A stretch of 64,000 bases of DNA. It comes from Squalus acanthias. Taxonomy: Eukaryota. The stretch's first letter is position 1. Each line of letters begins with the position of its first letter. Under the pieces are notes generated by a model that made no database searches, was not told the DNA's origin, and saw only the letters and a list, made by a program, of their open reading frames with translations. A program made the position numbers and the translations under genes. The stretch spans positions 31,746,001 through 31,810,000 of the forward strand of contig CM059432.1 in the NCBI GenBank assembly GCA_030390025.1, in the 5' to 3' direction. Positions 12,330 through 23,803 of this stretch are shown here, one piece after another.

Positions 12330-12985
12330 TTCATTGAGGTGCTATCTGAAATCAGGAATTAGTATGCTTGCTCCAAAAAGAATGTTGTAATGATTGAGGG
12401 TTGGAGGGATTGATTATGAGGAGCTATTATGCGCATATTCACACTGGAAAAGAGAAGGTTGAGAGGTGATATGATTGCCGTTTTTAGAATTCTAAAAAGG
12501 ACTAGATAATGTAGACCATGACAAGCTATTTCTCCAGTAAAACCAGAGGACATGGCCTGCACTTGAAGGTGGGGGGGGGGGGGTGTAAATTCAAAACTAA
12601 TCTGCCGAAACATTATTTCAGTGAACGAGTGGTAAATCTATGGAACAGGCTGCCTAGGGAGATGGTGGAAACAGTTAGTGTTGATACATTCAAATGCAAA
12701 TTAGATTGATTTTTTTCAGAAAATAACATTTTGGAGTACAGTATATGAGTAATTTGAAATATGACTTAATAAGTGTAGCATGCCTGGAAGGAACAGGTGC
12801 CTTCCCATAGTTCCTAAACCTCTCCACCACTGGAGTTTTCCTTGCATCGTGTTGTCAACTTTGATAGAGATTGATTGCTATGATTAGTCAACAGCTCCAT
12901 TATCGTATCATCCACTATCAAAATGGTAGAAGGCGAACTAGATGGACCTCCTTTTTTTTGTCCAGCAATTCCTAAATTCCTACAA
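12330..12985 (+). mobile_element. CR1-type LINE 3' end with long 3' UTR (second copy at ~35220-35630)
   Basis: KTRGH..K...HYFSERVVNLWNRLP; 3' UTR shared with 35220-35630. Confidence 0.7.
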
Positions 12986-13067
12986 TAAAAATTCCATCTC
13001 AGGGGACAGGATAGTTCAGTAGGTTATAAAGTATTCTTTCATATCATCAATCCAGATTTAAACACAG

Positions 13068-13158
13068 GTTCATCGACCTGAAACGTTAACTCTGTTTCTC
13101 TCTCCACAAAGCTGCCTGACCTGCTGAGTGTTTCCAGCATTTTCTGTTTTTATTTCAA
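13068..13158 (+). mobile_element. Penelope-type terminal repeat fragment (hammerhead 5' half missing)
   Basis: CATCGACCTGAAACGTTAACTCTG... same family as 25382-25737 and 36113-36347. Confidence 0.65.
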
Positions 13159-13159
13159 A

Positions 13160-14367
13160 CCCGAGCCATATTTCATCCTTCTCCAACACCTCTCCACCGT
13201 CATCCAGCTGAGTGGGACTGCACTCGCCTGGTTCCATTCTTATCTATCTAATCGTAGCCAGAGAATCACTTGCAATGGCTTCTCTTCCCGCTTCTGCATC
13301 GTTACCTCTGGTGTCCCCCAAGGATCTATCCTTAGCCCCCTCCTATTTCTCATCAACATGCCCCTTGACGACATCATGTGAAAACACAGTGTCAGTTTCC
13401 ACATGTACGCTGACGACACCCAGCTCTACCTCACCACTACTTCTCTTGACCCCTCCATGGTCTCTAAATTGTCAGACTGCTTGTCCGACATCCAGTTCTG
13501 GATGAGCAAACATTTTCACCAATTAAATATTGGAAAGACCAAAGCCATTGTTTTCGGTCCCCACCACAAACTCCGTTCCCTAGCCACTGACTCCATCCCT
13601 CTCCCTAACATTTGTCTGAGGCTGAACCACACTGTTCGCAACCTTGGTGTCATATTTGACCCTGAAATGAGCATCTGACCACATAACTAAGACCGCCTAT
13701 TTCCACCTCCATATCATCACCAATCTGCACCCTTACCTGAGCTCATCCGCTGCTGAAACAGTCTATGCCTTTGTTATCTCTAGATTTGACTATTCTAACA
13801 CACTCCTGGTTGGCCTCCCACATTCTTCCCAACGTAAACTTGAGGTCATCCAAAAGTCGTCCGCCTGTGTCCTAATTCGCACCAAGTTCCGTTCACCCAT
13901 CACCCCTGTGCTCGCTGACCTACATTGGCTCCTGGTTAAGCAATACCTCGATTTAAAAATTCTCATCCTTGTTTTCAAATCCCTCCATGGCCTCACCCCT
14001 CCCTATCTCTGTAATCTCCTCCAGCCCCACAACACCCCCCCCCCCCCCCGAGATATCTGCACTTCTCTAATTCTGCCCTCTTGAGCATCCCTGATGATAA
14101 TTGCTCAACCATTGGTGGCCATGGCTTCTGTTGCCTAGGCCCTAAGCTCTGCAATTCCCTGCCCAAACTTCTCTGCCTCTCTACCTCTCTTTCCTCCTTT
14201 AAGACGCTCCTTAAAACCACCTCTTTGACCAAGCTTTTGGTCATTCGCCCTAATTTCTCCTTATATGGCTCGGTGTCAAATTTTTTTTGTCTTATAATAC
14301 TCCTGTGAAGCGCCTTGGGACGTTTTACTACGTTAAAGGTGCTATATAAATACAAGTTGTTGTTGTT
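13160..14367 (+). mobile_element. L2 LINE 3' portion
   Basis: GVPQGS and [10 protein letters not shown] motifs, LADLHWL; (GTT)n tail. Confidence 0.9.
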
Positions 14368-14869
14368 ATGAAATTCCCCTCTGTCTCTGGATCAAAGGTT
14401 CCTATATGAAATGTGTTTTGGGCTTTACCAGCCCAGTTCCTGTTAGGGTGGGGGGTTTGCAGAGCATAGTGCAATACTGCACCAAATTCAGAAATAAATG
14501 GACAATCTCACTCGGAGAATCCATGTGGATGTCCAGTGTAGGAAATGGAAAAACTTCTTATTAAGTCTTCGAATAGTGCCATAGTATCTTTTACTTCCAC
14601 CTGAGGGGCAGGCAGGACCTCAGTTTAATATCTCATCCAAAAGATGGCACCTGCGGCAGTACAGCACTGGCTGAAGTGCCAGCCTAGAAAAGTTTTGTTA
14701 AAAATGTTTAATTAATATTTGTAGAAATTAATTAAGGAAATAATGACAGTGCACTTTTAAAGTATATGCTTTATTTCTTGAGAACATTTGAAAGTTAGAA
14801 GTTTATATTTTTCCACTGTACAGAGCTCAGACAGTAGCCCTTGGGAAAATGTCCCTGGTATAAACCCAA

Positions 14870-15451
14870 TCAATCCACCCCCGGGCGGGTCCATCGAAAA
14901 CAAAAAGAGAGGGCGGGCGGGCAATGTTAAACATATTATTCATGCACACCGCAAAAGGCTAACGTACTCACGTGACAAGACGCGTACCGCAAAACCGCCG
15001 ACGTCCCCGCACGTAACCCCACCCCATCCCACTGCTGAACAAGAGACGACGTCTCTCGGCGTAGAGTCGGTGCACGCCTCTCCTGAACCAACCACGCACC
15101 ACAGCGCGAGTGACGTCTTCGCGCCGCCCTGGTGACATTGACGGGCAGTCGCTGGTCCAATGGAAGCCCGCGGAGGAAAGGGGCGGGAGCCGCGGGCGTC
15201 GAATTGGAGCTGGGAAGAGGAGGCGGGACCCTTGCGTGCGGTTGGGCGGCATGGTAACTCCAGCTAGTGGCAAAGTTTGGGGATTGGAAGTACTTGCGTC
15301 TCTGAGAAAGGGAGAAGGGGGATTGATCCAGCAGCGCCAGGCCTTCTCCTCGGCAAGGAGAGAAAGGGAAATAAAAGGCCACGCATAATTATACAACACA
15401 ATATAAAGTGAAGTAGGAAGCCCAGAGGCTGTAGCTCCAATCCCTACCACA
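14870..15451 (+). promoter_or_regulatory. CpG-island-like promoter and 5' UTR of OXSR1
   Basis: Sharp local CpG enrichment; E-box TCACGTGAC 14968-14976, CRE-like TGACGTC 15111-15117, CCAAT 15157-15161, GC box GGGGCGGGA 15180-15188; TSS not determined. Confidence 0.8.
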
Positions 15452-15521
15452 ATGTCCGAGGACCCCAGCTCCCTGCCCTGGTCTATCATCAGAGAGGATT
15501 ATGAACTTAAGGAGGTGATTG
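15452..15521 (+). CDS. OXSR1: Serine/threonine kinase OSR1 (STE20 family), coding exon 1
   Basis: MSEDPSSLPWSIIREDYELKEVI(G) closely matches the OXSR1 N-terminus as I recall it (MSEDSSALPWSINRDDYELQEVIG); ACAATG start context; phase-1 donor G|GTAAGT; lies at the CpG island. Confidence 0.92.
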
Positions 15522-18500
15522 GTAAGTTATTTAAAATGCAGCTTTCTTTCTTTTTTGTTCATTTTTTTTTGCAACACAAAAATATCATTCTTAAGCAGAT
15601 AGGATGTGTGTGAATTGGGTGTAGTTACAGCCACTCAGAATAGGCCTCCGGGCACCCTGCAAAAATAATAAAATAAATTAATAGAAGCAATGTTTGAAGC
15701 TGCTCTGTGTTTGTAGTTTTTTTAATTATGAATTTTAATGGAAAGTATCTTTTGCAACGCCCCAATTTGTTTGTTTTGGAAAAGAAATGTCATGATAATG
15801 CTAGCTATTTAAGGTAAAGGCCTACTGCAGCTGGCCTTTAATGTGATTTTTTTTTTTGGTTTAATAATTTATTCGTCTGTTAAAAGGAAGGAGACTAGTG
15901 CAGCCTGATGGGGTTTAGTCTGGATGTTTATTTATTTTTTTTATGTTAAATTTCCAGTTCACATAGTCAGTAGAATAGGTCTGTCACGAGCCTTGGATAT
16001 AGGGAGACTGAAGTGTATGGTGTTAAAATCTATAAATCGTCTTTAACGAGGCCCTCAATATGCCACGTTATTAAATCAGCTGACTGACTCTTAAGCAAAT
16101 GTCTGCATGTAGTCTCTGCAAGTTAATGAACAGGCCATTTTGTAAAAGGAGGACGTACATTTCCTATTATAGTATGCAGTAATTAAGCTGACAGATGTGT
16201 AAATACTTTTTTTCAATATAATTTGTCTGAATCTCTGGGAAAGCTCCTACCTTACAACAGAGATTGCAAAGATTCCAGTGCAGCTCTCTTTAATGTTCTG
16301 AAAATATGGAGTTAAATTAGTCAATTTGTGTGTTTCATAATAGAAGGAAATGTACTTGCACCTTTTTAAATAAAAATTACACTAATTAACACTGAAAAGT
16401 ACTTAAATTATTAGAGTATTCGCAGTAATTTTAAGTTTGTGGGGTGAGGGATGCTCATCCTTGGATAACATGGCCATCATTCCCCAGTGCTGTTTTGAAA
16501 ACATCAGGAGTGATGTGGTGGCCTAAGGTAATTGGGGGTCACATTTGGCACATTGTGTTGATCCTGACTCTTGAGTCATTGGGGAAATGAGCTCAATCTG
16601 TGGAAGAAAGTACATTGCCCCAGGGATTCCTGCTTGGGCTGGGTTCTTCCCGGGCTGGGGGTTGGCGGTGGGGCATAGGTGCAGTGGGAAACATTAACAG
16701 CTGTGGCATTCTTTGTTTACTGCTTTCCAATAATTGGTTTTCATGCTGCTCAGCAGTGATATAAGTGCCTACAAATCATATATAACTCTCTCAACTGTTT
16801 TTTTAATTGAGAAACCAAGGTGACTGGCACCACCAAGGTGGGAAAGACTCTGTGAAAGCGAAGTCTAGAAGTAGTGTTTATATAATGCCTACTGTATACA
16901 GTACATATCTACAAGAACTGAAAGGGCACAATGAGGTTGAAGAGAACAATCCTGAAGGTTGCATTTTTTTAATAGGAAGGCCTAGTGGGCTAAAAGTGAA
17001 TCCTAGAAATATTATTCTCTATATAATTATTTGTGTTTGGGAGCTATGCTTGTATTTGTATACATGCTCATAATTTAGAGGTGGGCAAGTGGGTTATTTT
17101 CCTACTGACTACCTCCGTAAGCTGTCTTTATCCCCCCCCCTCCTCCTCTGCCCACCTCATCTCCTGATGATAGGGGAGAGAAGAGGACAGCTTGTCGATT
17201 TTAACAGTGGTCACCTTGAACTCAGCTACAACTTATTCCAGCAGTCATTTAGCTGGCGTGAGTTTTTACCCAATCTAAAATTTATAATGAAGAAGTTGTG
17301 TGTTTGAAGGTGGCACAGTGCATCGCTCTCTCTTCATTGTGTTGAGAAAGCGTGGAGGAGAGGCTGTGCGCCTCGCACATGAAGGCAAATTCTGAGGGAG
17401 CAATTTCACATCAAACCTCTTGCGAACCTCGAGGAGGTTAAGAGGTGGCATTGACAGCTAAGCTCTGTGGGTATATTGCTGTAGATAATTGCCTTTGCTG
17501 AGAAATTAAGTTTGGAGGAGAAATGTCTTCAAGTTCATTAATTGTTGCTAAGTGTAAGAAATTTGAGCATGACTGTACAGCAAGTTGTAGTAATGCTTTT
17601 AATTTTAGATTTCTCTGGTGCACATCTAACCCAACAGCTTTTACCTTGCTCTAGATATTGGAGTGACAAATGTATACCTTTAATTGGTAGGCTGCTGGTA
17701 CTAAAATTGCGGTGTTACTGATTTTGTTGCCCCGTACATGTAAGGACTCTTTGCATCGTTTGCTTCTTCTGTCAGCCAGATGACTACATAATGTGACATA
17801 TTACATTATAAAAATGCCAATTAAGGTTTACCACTCCTTTTCATAAATAGAGAATAATGGGCACCTAAACAAAGTAATTGCAAGTCAACAACCTCACTTT
17901 GAATATCAGTTGATGTTGTTGACTGGAAAATTGAAGCTAAAATTGTGTGGCCATAATTGAAAGCAAGAACAACTTGAATTTAAAGCACCTTATCATGTCT
18001 TTCAGAAACATCAAAGCAGTTCATATACAATGAATTGTATTTTTAGTGCAGTGATTATTATAAGAGGAAATCTGTGATGAATCCTTCAGATGAGATGTTA
18101 AACGGAGGCCCCTTTCAGGTGGATTTTAAAGATCTTGCAGCACTATTTGAAGAGCAGGGAGATCTCCAGATGACGTGGCCAACATTCCTCCCTCTCTCAA
18201 ATAGATTAACTGATTATTTATTCTGATTTTTTTGTGGGATATTGCTGGTGCAGAATTGCTTCCCTGTTTGCCTATCTAACAGTCACTGCCTTTCAAAAGT
18301 AATTGTGTGAAAAGCTTTGAGGCATTGCAATGCAGCAGGCCTGTAATTGCTTGTAATCGCTTTGGCTTGTCTTTGTTGGAAGATGTGATGCTTTTTCCAA
18401 TTTGATCGCTTTGTGTCAGCATTAACCACTCCCATGTGAAGAGGTTCAGAAACAACAACTTGCATTTATATAGTGTTCTATTTATATGTAACTGAATAAA

Positions 18501-20700
18501 ACTTACTTTACCCTATCCCAATAAAATGTTTAACCTCTATCCTTCAGGACCGTATACCACTGCTGTGATACTTCTGTTTTAAAGTCATCCTTCTGGCTTC
18601 TCAGACTGTGATTTGTCATTTTATTTTGTGTGCTTGTGCTAACTAGGACCTGAGTTGAGACTGCCCAAAATCATTTTTGTCAGACTTGCAGCCAGAAAAG
18701 AGATGAAACTTTAACTCTATTGCAGTAATCTTCCAGAGGTCAAAGGCCAGTTTGGTAATCTACTGTGTCACTTAGTCCCATCTGTGTTTTTTTTTAAAAG
18801 GTGCATATTTTTTTTTGCTGGTCACTGGCAATCATTACTGACTGTGTTTCCATTTTGTCAGTGAACCAACAATTAATCCTTGAAAATTTGAGTTGTAATA
18901 ATGTTGATCACTAAATTTAAACAGGCATGTTATAACCAGTTTAAAAAAAAAAGTTAGCATGTAGAATGCTTTGCCACAGGGAGTACTTGAGGCAGAGGCC
19001 ATTGCCTCTTAAGGAAACAGTTGAAGTAGTGGACGATACAAGGCTATGGGGGAGAGAGCAGGGCAGTGGGATGAGTTTTGGAGCAGCAATAAACTGGCAC
19101 AAATGGACCAAATGGCCACCTGATGTGCTCTAAACTTCTATGGTTTCTGTCTAGTGTAAATGGAATGGTGAGTGGATAGTTCCTCACAACCAACTAGTCC
19201 AAACACACACAATTATGCTATGCTTATTTCCACTTATGAGTTATTGAGTCAGCTCACTTGTGGAAATATTTATAATTCTCCAACTCAAGTATGTGTTTAT
19301 TTAAATAAAAAATAAAGTATGCATGGCATGACATCGTGCCTGCATTGGGTTCCACTGAGTAATATTAGTCTCATGATTGCATTCCTTGTCAATACTGAAT
19401 GTCCTTTTTGAAGCTTTTGATGCAGGCTTGCATTTCCTGAATATGATTTCCTAACGGCTTACAATGCTTGACATTTATAAAGTGGTGTTAGATCGATGTA
19501 TGGAGCTATTGTTCGGATACTAAAACTAGGAGTCCTATCGCTGGGTTTTGGACATTCCGTATTAGATTAAGTGGGTCACACTAGAGGAAGCTTAGAATTT
19601 GGTGCAGTAATGCTTTATGATGTATTTACCTCTGTGTACCAGTGACGCTGACTAACGGAAACTCCGGTACTGGGCCAACCTATTTATTTTATTGATGGGC
19701 TGTCCAGTTCAGTTGATTCTGATTCCTAGGATGGCTATTTGGATTGTTGTATCCCAATTTAATTGCAGAATCGCTTCAATGGGAACAAGTTCTGCAATAT
19801 AGTCTTTTACCTAGGTGGTGGACTCAGACCTGCAGAAAGATTTGCAGGTGTGTATTTGGTCAAAAACTTTTTACTGCACCTAGTAGCATCTTATAGCACA
19901 GAAGGAGGCCATTCAGCCCATCATGCTGGTGACAGCTCTTTAGAAACATAGAAGATAGGTGCAGGAGTAGGCCTTTCGGCCCCTCGAGCCTGTTCCGCCA
20001 TTTAATGAGATCATGGCTGATCATCCAAATTCAGTACCCTGTCCCTGCTTTCTCCCCATATCCCTTGATCCCTTTAACCTTAAGAAATATATCTAACTCC
20101 TTCTTGAATATATTTAATGAATTGGCCTCAACTGCCTTCTGTGGTAGAGAATTCCACAGGTTCACCACTCTCTGGGTGAAGAAATTCCTCCTCATCTCAG
20201 TCCTAAATGGCTTACCCCTTATCCTTAGACTGTGACCCCTGGTTCTGGACTCCTCCTGCCATCGGGAACATCCTTCCTGCATCTAGTCTGTCTAGTCCTG
20301 TTAGAATTGTATAAGTTTCAATGAGATCCCCTCTCATTCTTCTAAACTCTAGCGAATATAAGCCTAATTGACCCAATCTCTCTTCATATGTCATTCCCGC
20401 CATCCCAGGTATCAGTCTGGTGAATCTTTGCTGTACTCCCTCCATGGCAAGAACATCCTTCCTCAGATAAGGTGACCAAAACTGCACACAATACTCCAGG
20501 TGTGGTCTCACCAAGGCCCTGTACAACTGCAGCAAGACATCCTTGCTCCTGTACTTGAATCCTCTTGCTATGAAGGCCAACATACCATTTGCCTTCTTAA
20601 CCGTCTGCTGCACCTGCATGCTTACCTTCAGCGACTGGTGCACAAGGACACCCAGGTCTTGTTGCACTTCCCCTTTTCCCAATCTATTGCCGTTCAGATA

Positions 20701-23700
20701 AAGCAGTTCGGGAGGATTTAAACTAATATGGCAGGGGAATGGGAACCTATGTAGCGAAACAGGGGGAAGTAATATGCAGTCAGAAACAAATGTTAGAAGG
20801 GTGAGAAACAATAGGGGAAGGCCGAGTAAACAAAGGCAAGAAACACAAAGGGCCATACTAAATCATAAGTCTAAAAGGACAAAGGATGTTAATAAAACAA
20901 GCCTAAAGGCTCTGTGTCTTAATGCAAGGAGTATCCGTAATAAGGTGGATGAATTGACTGTGCAAATAGATGTTAACGGATACGATGTGATTGGGATTAC
21001 AGAGACGTGGCTCCAGAACAATCAAGGCTGGGAACTGAACATCCAGGGGTATTCAACATTCAGAAAGGATAGAATAAAAGGAAAAGGGGGTGGGGTAGCA
21101 TTGCTGGTTAAAGAGGAGATTAATGCAATAGCTAGGAAGGACATCAGCTTGGAGGATGTGGAATCAATATGGGTTGAGCTGCAGAACACCAAAGGGCAGA
21201 AAACGTTAGTGGGAGTTGTGTACAGACCTCCAAACAGCAGTAGTGAGGTGGGGGAGGGTATGAAACAGGAAATCAGAGGTGCGTGCAAAAAAGGCACGGC
21301 AGTTATCATGGGTGACTTTAATATGCATATAGATTGGGCTACTCAAACTGGAAGCAATACGGTGGAGGAGGATTTCCTGGAGTGTTTAAGGGATGGTTTC
21401 CTAAACCAATATGTTGAGGAACCAACTCGAGGGGAGGCCATCCTGGACTGGGTGTTGTGTAATGAGGAGGGACTAATCAGCAATCTTGTGGTACGAGGCC
21501 CCCTGGGGAAGAGTGACCATAGTATGGTGGAGTTCTACATTAGGATGGAGAAGGAAACAGTTAAGTCAGAGACCATGGTCCAGAACTTAAATAAGGGCAA
21601 CTTTGAGGGTATGAGGCGTGAATTGGCGAGGTTAAATTGGCAAGCGATATTTAAGGGGCTATCAGTGGAAGGGCAATGGCAGACATTTAGAGATCGCATG
21701 GATGAACTACAACAATTGTACATCCCGGTCTGGCGTAAAAATAAAAAAGGGAAGGTGGCTCAACCATGGCTAACAAGGGAAATCAGGGATAGTATTAAAA
21801 CCAAGGAATTTGCATACAAATTGGCCAGAAGTAGCAGCAAACCCGGGGACTGGGAGAACTTCAAAACTCAGCAGAGGAGGACGAAGGGTTTGATTAGGGC
21901 AGGGAAAATAAAATATGAAAGGAAGCTTGCAGAGAACATTAAAATGGACTGCAAAAGCTTCTATAAATATGTAAAAAGAAAGAGGTTAGTAAAAACAAAC
22001 GTAGGTCCCCTGCAGTCGGAAACAGGGGAAGTCGTAATGGGGAACAAGGAAATGGCAGCTCAATTGAACAAGTACTTTGGTTCGGTGTTTACTGTGGAGG
22101 ACACACACAATCTGCCGGAAATAAAAGGGGTCAGAGGATCTGGTAAGAGGGAGGAGCTGAGGGAAATCCTTATTAGTCGGGAAAAGGTATTGGGGAAATT
22201 GATGGGACTGAAGGCTGAAAAATCCCCGGGGCCTGATGGTCTGCATCCCAGAGTACTTAAGGAGGTGGCCTTGGAAATAGTGGATGCATTGACGATCATT
22301 TTCCAACATTCCTTAGACTCTGGATCAGTTCCGATGGAGTGGAGGGTGGCCAATGTAACCCCTCTTTTTAAAAAAGGAGGGAGGGAGAAAGCAGGGAATT
22401 ATAGACCGGTCAGCCTGACATCGGTCGTGGGTAAAATGATGGAAGCAATTATTAAAGATGTCATAACAGACCATTTGGAAAGTGGCGACATGATAGGTCC
22501 AAGTCAGCATGGATTTGTGAAAGGGAAATCATGCTTGACAAATCTTCTGGAATTTTTTGAGGATGTTTCCAATAGGGTGGACAGGGGGGAACCAGTAGAT
22601 GTGGTGTATTTGGACTTTCAGAAGGCCTTCGACAAGGTCCCACACAAGAGATTGGTGAGCAAAGTTAAAGCACATGGGATTGGGGGTAATGTGTTGACGT
22701 GGATTGAGAACTGGTTGGCACACAGGAAGCAAAGAGTAGGAGTAAATGGGTACTTTTCAGAATGGCAGGCAGTGACCAGCGGGGTACCGCAGGGTTCGGT
22801 GCTGGGACCCCAGCTGTTTACATTATATATTAATGATTTGGACGAAGGGATTAAATGTAATATCTCCAAATTTGCGGATGACACTAAATTGGGAGGCAGT
22901 GTGAACAATGAGGAGGATGCTAGGAGGCTACAGAGTGACTTGGACAGGTTGGGTGAATGGGCAAATGTATGGCAGATGAAGTACAATGTGGATAAATGTG
23001 AGGTTATCCACTTTGGTGGTAAAAATAGAGAGGCGGACTATTACCTGAATGGTGGCAGATTAGGGAAAGGGGACGTGCAACGAGACCTGGGCGTCATGGT
23101 ACATCAGTCACTGAAGGTGGGAATGCAAGTGCAGCAGGCAGTCAAGAAAGCAAACGGAATGATGGCCTTCATAGCAAGGGGATTTGAGTACAGGAGTAGG
23201 GACGTGATGCTACAGTTGTACAGGGCCTTGGTGAGGCCACACCTGGAGTATTGTGCGCAGTTTTGGTCTCCTAACTTAAGGAAGGACATTCTCGCTATTG
23301 AGGGAGTGCAGCGAAGGTTCACTAGATTGATTCCTGGGATGGCCGGACTGACATATCAAGAAAGATTGGGTCAACTGAACTTGTATCCTCTGGAGTTCAG
23401 AAGAATGAGGGGGGATCTTATAGAGACATTTAAAATCCTGACTGGTTTAGACAAATTAGATGCGGGCAGAATGTTCCCAATGGTGGGGAAAACTAGAACC
23501 AGGGGTCACAGTCTAAGGATTAAGGGGAAGCCATTTAGGACTGAGCTGAGGAGGAACTTCTTCACCCAGAGAGTGGTGAATCTATGGAATTCTCTTCCAC
23601 AGAAGGTTGTTGAGGCCAGTTCGCTAAATATATTCAAAAGGGAGTTAGATATAACACTCACAACTAAGGGGATCAAGGGGTATGGCGAGAAAGCAGGAAT

Positions 23701-23803
23701 GGGGTACTGAAGTAGCATGTTCAGCCATGAACGCATTGAATGGCGGTGCAGGCTCGAAGGACCGAATGGTCTACTCCTGTACCTATTTTCTATGTTTCTA
23801 TGT
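20701..23803 (+). mobile_element. Young 5'-truncated CR1 inserted in inverted orientation into the host CR1
   Basis: Starts in the last ORF1 codons (AVREDLN*) and ends in a (TTTCTATG)n tail; host RT sequence resumes at 23804 with a short target deletion. Confidence 0.9.
20774..23710 (+). CDS. CR1 ORF2: APE endonuclease + reverse transcriptase, uninterrupted 978 aa
   Basis: NARS, ITETW, YRPP, GDFN, SDH (APE); [37 protein letters not shown] (RT); the frame is open upstream to the insertion junction. Confidence 0.93.
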   Translation: MQSETNVRRVRNNRGRPSKQRQETQRAILNHKSKRTKDVNKTSLKALCLNARSIRNKVDELTVQIDVNGYDVIGITETWLQNNQGWELNIQGYSTFRKDRIKGKGGGVALLVKEEINAIARKDISLEDVESIWVELQNTKGQKTLVGVVYRPPNSSSEVGEGMKQEIRGACKKGTAVIMGDFNMHIDWATQTGSNTVEEDFLECLRDGFLNQYVEEPTRGEAILDWVLCNEEGLISNLVVRGPLGKSDHSMVEFYIRMEKETVKSETMVQNLNKGNFEGMRRELARLNWQAIFKGLSVEGQWQTFRDRMDELQQLYIPVWRKNKKGKVAQPWLTREIRDSIKTKEFAYKLARSSSKPGDWENFKTQQRRTKGLIRAGKIKYERKLAENIKMDCKSFYKYVKRKRLVKTNVGPLQSETGEVVMGNKEMAAQLNKYFGSVFTVEDTHNLPEIKGVRGSGKREELREILISREKVLGKLMGLKAEKSPGPDGLHPRVLKEVALEIVDALTIIFQHSLDSGSVPMEWRVANVTPLFKKGGREKAGNYRPVSLTSVVGKMMEAIIKDVITDHLESGDMIGPSQHGFVKGKSCLTNLLEFFEDVSNRVDRGEPVDVVYLDFQKAFDKVPHKRLVSKVKAHGIGGNVLTWIENWLAHRKQRVGVNGYFSEWQAVTSGVPQGSVLGPQLFTLYINDLDEGIKCNISKFADDTKLGGSVNNEEDARRLQSDLDRLGEWANVWQMKYNVDKCEVIHFGGKNREADYYLNGGRLGKGDVQRDLGVMVHQSLKVGMQVQQAVKKANGMMAFIARGFEYRSRDVMLQLYRALVRPHLEYCAQFWSPNLRKDILAIEGVQRRFTRLIPGMAGLTYQERLGQLNLYPLEFRRMRGDLIETFKILTGLDKLDAGRMFPMVGKTRTRGHSLRIKGKPFRTELRRNFFTQRVVNLWNSLPQKVVEASSLNIFKRELDITLTTKGIKGYGEKAGMGY

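Noticed and set aside
14788..15489. Several overlapping 92-173 aa ORFs at the promoter
   Set aside because: Expected in GC-rich sequence; no protein motifs; the real exon is 15452-15521.
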